NCBI GenBank assembly: GCA_963707025.1
Contig: CAVPOM010000017.1
Span: 64,001-128,000, forward strand
Length of the DNA: 64,000 bases
Source of the DNA: an uncultured Verrucomicrobiae bacterium
Lineage (GTDB): Bacteria > Verrucomicrobiota > Verrucomicrobiia > Limisphaerales > Palsa-1400
Direction: 5' to 3'
Made by a program: the position numbers and the translations under genes. This document shows positions 58,499-64,000 of this stretch, piece after piece (positions within the stretch are counted from its first letter, which is position 1; the number at the start of each line of letters is the position of its first letter). The notes under the pieces are model-generated. The model searched no databases. It saw nothing but the letters and a program-made list of their open reading frames with translations, and was not told the DNA's origin.

Positions 58499-60480
58499 TT
58501 TTCCGGCAAATTGGTTTCGCCTGGGCGCGTTGGCGGCCGGCCTTTCCGCCGCGGCGGCCAATTTGCCCTCCGACTGGCAGCGCGAGCAGTCGTTTGCCGT
58601 TTTGACTGCCGGGCTTGTGAAAATAAGCCTGCCGGTTGAAACACTCGACAGCGCGCGGCCCGCGCTGGAAGATTTGCGCCTCTGCGACGATGCGGGAAAG
58701 GAAATTCCTTATCTGATCGAACGTCCGGCGCCGGCTCCGCAAATCGTGCAAGAAGCAAAATCATTCCGGGTGACGCTGAACCCGGACAACACGGTCATCA
58801 CCGCGGAAACGGGACTGACGCAACCGCTCGACGGAGTCACGCTGGAGACGCCGGCCGAACAATTTCATCAAAGCGGTGCGGGTGGAAAGTTCCGACGATG
58901 GAGAGCGCTGGCAAATCCTGGCGCGGGGCCAGCCGGTCTTTCGCCAGCCCTTCGGCGCGGGTAGTTTGCAAATTTCCTGGCCGGCCGCCGCTGCAAAATG
59001 GCTGCGGCTCACCGTGGACGACCGGCGTTCGCAGGCGGTTCCCTTCACCGGCGCGCGCGTTCATGCGGCCGGCCGCGAGGCGGGGCCCATCGAATGGATG
59101 CCCGTTAAAATTTCCGGGCGCGACGAAAACCCCGGGGAAACGCGGCTGGCCCTCCATCTGGGCGCGGCCAATTTGGACGTCGCCGCCCTGGAAATTAGAA
59201 CCACCGAGCCGCTTTTCATGCGGCAAGTGGCGTGCGCCGTGCCGCACATGGCGGAAGGTTCCATCCAGGAACAAACCATCGGGCAGGGTGTGATTTACCG
59301 CGTGGCCGTGGAAGGCCAGGCGGCTTCGGAAAATCTGGCCGTGCCGCTGGGAAATAAAATCGGTTCACGCGAACTGTTTTTGTTGCTCAAAAACGGGGAC
59401 AGCCCGCCGCTGCCGGTTTCCGAAGTGCGGGCCGGGCGGCGTCCGGCTTGCCTGGTCTTTCTGGCGCGGCCACCGGGAACTTTTCATTTGCTGACGGGCA
59501 ACCGCCATTGCGAGGCGCCGCGTTATGACCTGGCCGCTTTGAACATGAACTTGCGAGCCGTCGCGGTCTCGCCGGTCCTCATCCCGCCGCCGTCGAACAA
59601 TCCCAGTTTTCAGGCGCCGGAGGCCCTGCCCGGCGTCGAGCTGGCCGGGGCGGCCCTCGACGTTTCGGAATGGCAATTCCGCAAGCGGGTGAAAATCTCC
59701 GCCGCCGGCGCGCAAGAAGCGGAGCTGGATCTCGGCGTGCTGGCCCACGCCCAGCCGGGCTTGGCGGATTTGCGCGTGCTGCAGGGCAGCAATCAAGTGC
59801 CTTGCCTCATCGAGCGCACCTCCATCAGCCGTTGGCTCGCGCCCGCCGTGGCCGCGACGAATGAGGCCAAAGATCCGAAGTTGAGCCGCTGGATTCTTCG
59901 GTTGCCGCGCGCCGGTTTGCCGCTCACCCGGCTGACTTGCGTGGCGCAAACACCGCTGTTTGAACGCTCCCTGTCGCTGGACGAGGAACTGGCCGACGAG
60001 CGCGGCGGCGCCTATCGCCATGTGCTGGGTGGAGCTTCGTGGAAGCAAACGCCGGAACGCAAATCGAAGGACTTTGCCCTCGTGCTGGACAGCGCCCCGC
60101 AGAGCGACAGATTGTTTCTGGCAACAGAGAACGGTGACAATCCGCCGATTGAACTGGAAACATTTCAAATGTTTTACCCCGCCACGCGCCTTTTGTTCAA
60201 AGCCAGGGCCGGCGACGAACTTTTTCTTTACTATGGCAATCCGCGGGTCGCGCCGCCGCGCTACGACTTGAGCCTGGTCGCCGATCAATTGCTGGCGGCC
60301 GAGAAAAATGCCGCGTCCTTGTCCGCCGAGGAGCAACTCAAAGAATCTGCCTGGCGTGAAAATCTGATGCCGGGCCGGGGGGGTCTGCTCTTCTGGGGAA
60401 TTCTGGCGGCGGTCGTCGTGGTGCTGCTCCTCCTCATTGCACGGCTGTTGCCCAAACCGCCGGCGACGACGAAGCAATAG
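58482..60480 (+). CDS. DUF3999-like exported protein, frameshift near 58860
   Basis: Repeated DLRL..PY / NGDxPP / PRYDL modules; C-terminal TM. Confidence 0.65.
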
Positions 60481-60567
60481 CGCCGGTGCCCCCATCCGCC
60501 AAAAAGGCGCGCCGTGCGCGCGTGTTTAGAAGATGACTTTTGCAGGATGGGCCGGCTACCTTGGCGG

Positions 60568-61823
60568 ATGACTTCACGACGCTGGCTGCGCATTATTCCA
60601 GTGGCGCTGATCATGTACACCATTTCCTACGTGGACAGGACAAATCTCAATCTGGCGCTCACGCCGAAGATTTCCACGATGATGACGGATTTGGCGATGA
60701 ACGACCAAATGAAGGGACAGGCCTACGGGATTTTCTTTTTTGGTTATCTGCTCTTGCAGATTCCCGGCGGGTATTGGGCGTCGCGCTGGAGCGCCCGCAA
60801 AGTGATCAGCCTTTGCCTGGCGGGCTGGGGCGTGTGCGCGGTGGGATGCGGTTTGGCGCAGACTTTCCGGCAGTTTGAGGTGGCGAGGTTTCTGCTGGGA
60901 GTGGCGGAGAGCGGGGTGTTTCCAGCCATGCTGGTGCTGCTGGCCAACTGGTTCCCACAATCGGAACGGGCGCGGGCCAACGCCTACTGGAATCTTTGCC
61001 AGCCCCTGGCCGTGGTGGTGGCGGCGCTCACCACGGGCGCGCTGTTGGAGCATTACGACTGGCGCACGGTGATTGTGCTGGAGGGGATGCTGCCCTTTGT
61101 CTGGCTGCCCGTTTGGTGGTGCTTCATCCGGGACCGCCCGCAGGAGGCGAAATGGATTTCGGAGGGGGAGCGGGATTATTTGGAAACGACCTTGCGCAAG
61201 GAGGCGGAGGCCTTGGAGCCGGCCCGGGGCTTTCCTTCCGGGAAAAATTTTGCCAGCCCGCCGTCCTGGTCATGATTGCCATCAACTTTCTGCATAATGC
61301 GCTGGCCTACGGTTGCATGCCCTTCTTTACCAGCAGGCTGGAAGGCCGGCATTTCAGCGCGATGGAAAACGGGATGTTGTTTGCCCTCCCCTATACGTTC
61401 ACGGCGGTGCTGATGGTGCTGGTTTCCCGCCACTCGGATAAAGTCAACGAGCGCAGGATGCATGTGGCGTTGACCTACGTGGTGAGCGGGCTGAGTCTGA
61501 TCGTGAGTGTGAGTTTGCGGAATCATTTCTGGTGGTCTTATGGGTTCCTCTGCCTGTCCATCCCCGGCCCGTCGGTGGCGCTGGCGCCTTTCTGGGCCAT
61601 CCCGAGCGAGACGCTGCCCCGCAGCACCAGGGGAGCGGTGATGGGGCTGGTCAACGCCTGTGGCAATCTCGGCGGGTTCGTCGGGCCGGCCATCGTCGGG
61701 TGGCTCAAGCTGAAGTCCGGCAGCCTGGAGCTTCCTTTCGATGGTTTGGGGCTGGGGATTTTGATCGCCGCCGGCCTGTCGTATTGGTTGCCGAGGGCGA
61801 GGGGGATGGAAAATGCAAAATGA
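60568..61823 (+). CDS. MFS transporter (ACS family), frameshift near 61235
   Basis: SYVDRTN, GIFFFGY..QIP, ANWFPQSERARA. Confidence 0.88.
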
Positions 61824-61918
61824 AGAATGGAAATTGAGATGAGGGGCACGGAGAAGGAATTACGGCTGGCGTGGGGAGAAGATTTGGCGGAATATCGGTT
61901 CGTCCAAACTTGCTGATT

Positions 61919-62950
61919 ATGAAAGCGCTGGTCCTGGCCGAATACAAACGGTTCTCGTATGAAGAGACGCCGGCGCCGCAACCCGGCCCGGAAGAAGTGC
62001 TCGTCGCGGTCAAAGCCTGCGGTATTTGCGGGAGCGACGTGCATGGGATGGACGGCAGCACGGGCCGGCGCCGTCCGCCGATTATCATGGGGCACGAAGC
62101 GTCCGGTATCATTGCCGGGACGGGGGCGGCGGTGCGGGGCTGGGCGGCGGGAGACCGCGTGACCTTCGATTCCACCTTATACTGCGGTAAATGTCATTTT
62201 TGCCGGCGCGGGGAGATCAACTTGTGCGATGACCGGCGGGTGCTGGGGGTGTCGTGCGAGTCTTACCGGCAAGCGGGCGCCATGGCCGAATTTGTGGCGG
62301 TGCCGCAGCGCATATTATACCGGCTGCCGGAGGGGTTGCCGTTCGAACAGGCGGCTTTGGTGGAACCTTTTGCCGTGGCGTTGCACGCGATCGGCCGCGC
62401 GCCTGTGACGCTGAACGACACGGTGGTGGTGGTGGGCGCCGGCATGATTGGCCTGGCGCTGACGCAAGCTTTGCATCTGGCGGGGTGCGGGCGGCTCCTG
62501 GTGGTGGACGTGGCGGACGGGCGGCTGGCCCTGGCCAAAAAGTTTGGCGCGACCCATGCCGTCAACTCCGCCGGGGGAAATGCCGCCGCGCAAATCCTGG
62601 AGTGGACCCAGGGGCGCGGCGCGGACCTGGCCTTCGAAGCGGTGGGGGTGACCGCGACGGTGGATTTGGCGCTGGGCTGCCTGCGCAAAGGGGGCGCGGC
62701 GACGCTGGTGGGCAATGTCCGGCCGCGGATTGAGTTCCCGCTGCAAACGGCGGTGACCCGCGAACTGACCATTCACGGTTCGTGCGCGTCGCGGGGCGAA
62801 TATCCGGCGGTCCTGGACATGCTGGGGCGGGGAGCGTTGCAAGCCGGCCCGCTCATCAGCGCCACGGCGCCGCTGGCGGAAGGGGCGGCCTGGTTTGAGC
62901 GGCTCCACCGCAAGGAACCGGGCTTGCTCAAGGTGGTGCTCCGGCCCTGA
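61919..62950 (+). CDS. Zinc-dependent polyol/sugar-acid dehydrogenase (MDR)
   Basis: CGICGSDVH, GHEASG, CGKCHFC, GAGMIG. Confidence 0.92.
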   Translation: MKALVLAEYKRFSYEETPAPQPGPEEVLVAVKACGICGSDVHGMDGSTGRRRPPIIMGHEASGIIAGTGAAVRGWAAGDRVTFDSTLYCGKCHFCRRGEINLCDDRRVLGVSCESYRQAGAMAEFVAVPQRILYRLPEGLPFEQAALVEPFAVALHAIGRAPVTLNDTVVVVGAGMIGLALTQALHLAGCGRLLVVDVADGRLALAKKFGATHAVNSAGGNAAAQILEWTQGRGADLAFEAVGVTATVDLALGCLRKGGAATLVGNVRPRIEFPLQTAVTRELTIHGSCASRGEYPAVLDMLGRGALQAGPLISATAPLAEGAAWFERLHRKEPGLLKVVLRP

Positions 62951-62982
62951 CTGGTTCCATTGAACGTCAATACGATTTATCC

Positions 62983-63774
62983 ATGAATGCCAACCCGTTC
63001 GATCTGACCGGCAAAGTGGCCCTGGTCACCGGCGCCAGCCGGGGCCTGGGCCAATGTTTCGGGCGCGCGCTGGCCCGGGCCGGGGCGGATCTGGTGATCA
63101 CCAGCCGCCAGGCCCCGGCGCTGAGCGCTTTTCAAAAAGAGATAGAAGGTTTGGGCCGCCAGGCCTGGCCGCTGGCCCTGGATGTGCGCGACCACGAGAG
63201 CATTCGGCGCATGGCGGAAGCAGCCGTGACGCACTATGGGAAAATAGACATCCTGGTCAACAATGCGGGATGCAACGTGCGCAAGCCGGCGCTGGAAATC
63301 ACCTGGGAGGATTGGAACCTGGTGCTGGACACAAATCTGCGCGGCACGTTTTTTGTGGCGCAGGCGGTGGCGCGCCACATGATCGGCCGCAAATACGGCC
63401 GCATCATCAACGTCGGTTCCGTGACGTGCGTGGCGGGCTACGCCGGGCTGGGTCCTTACGGGGCGAGCCGCGGCGGAGTGAAACAGTTGACCATGAGCCT
63501 GGCCGATGACTGGGGAATTCACGGGATCACGGTGAATTGCCTGGCCCCCGGGTGGTTCAAGACGCGGCAAAATGCGGTGATGTACGAGGACCAGGAGTGG
63601 GTGGAATATCTTTGCGACCGCATCCCGCTGAAGCGACCGGGCGCGCCGCAGGATCTTGAGGGCGCGGTCGTTTTTCTGGCGTCGGACGCCAGCGCCTACA
63701 TCACCGGGCAGACGGTGCTGGTGGACGGAGGCATCTCGACCGGGGCGACGCGCGCGTTGCCCCGGAAAAAGTGA
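62983..63774 (+). CDS. SDR oxidoreductase (gluconate 5-dehydrogenase-like)
   Basis: TGASRGLG, NNAG, YGASRGG. Confidence 0.9.
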   Translation: MNANPFDLTGKVALVTGASRGLGQCFGRALARAGADLVITSRQAPALSAFQKEIEGLGRQAWPLALDVRDHESIRRMAEAAVTHYGKIDILVNNAGCNVRKPALEITWEDWNLVLDTNLRGTFFVAQAVARHMIGRKYGRIINVGSVTCVAGYAGLGPYGASRGGVKQLTMSLADDWGIHGITVNCLAPGWFKTRQNAVMYEDQEWVEYLCDRIPLKRPGAPQDLEGAVVFLASDASAYITGQTVLVDGGISTGATRALPRKK

Positions 63775-63778
63775 GCCG

Positions 63779-64000
63779 TCAGATCTGGGAGGCGGGGGTG
63801 CGCTTGAGAAAAATATTGGCGACGCCGGAGACGTTGTCCTTGTATTGCGGGTCGCTGCTTAATTGTTTCCAGACGGGCGCGTTCCGAAACGCATCCCAAT
63901 GCTTCTTGTGTTCGTCCATGTTCTCGCCGGAAAGCATGTAAACGAGGTTGGGCATTTGCGGACCGACCAGGGTCTGGGAGAAAAAGACCGGGGACAGCCC
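63779..64000 (-). CDS. NIPSNAP-family protein, C-terminal part (runs off window)
   Basis: PVFFSQTLVGPQMPNLVYML...HWDAFRNAPVWK...SQI*. Confidence 0.75.
   Translation of the reverse strand, partial: GLSPVFFSQTLVGPQMPNLVYMLSGENMDEHKKHWDAFRNAPVWKQLSSDPQYKDNVSGVANIFLKRTPASQI

Overview
GC-rich bacterial chromosomal window. A Verrucomicrobiota origin is inferred from gene content and repeat style and was not verified. Housekeeping content: purS-purQ-purL, pabB, an M16 peptidase, a LOG-family gene, modABC, a CbiX/SirB chelatase, an S9 peptidase, POT and MFS transporters, ppk1, mpl, gatCAB, ptsH, pyrD, shc plus other hopanoid-associated genes, dapF, a CzcCBA-type efflux system with a two-component system, and a sugar-acid catabolic cluster. 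Many toxin-antitoxin modules and relics are interspersed. Most notable is a 3204-bp cargo-carrying IS1-family element (555-3758; 19-bp perfect terminal IRs, 8-bp TSD) inserted in a parE-type toxin gene. It carries a 96-nt tRNA-like RNA with a 9/3 acceptor/T-stem fold, G3:U70 and encoded CCA, a structured attenuator-like leader, three palindromic operators over divergent promoters, and a five-copy iteron-like array with 21-22 bp period. Other highlights: about 4 kb of TA, methylase and nuclease cargo inside the purSQL operon with a duplicated purL start; a GspG-pseudopilin/solute-binding-protein fusion; a degenerate class III cyclase between gatA and gatB; a candidate 6S RNA; and a 14-bp tandem array beside a perfect 20-bp hairpin. 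Many genes carry single-base frameshifts, probably assembly indels, so pseudogene calls are tentative.
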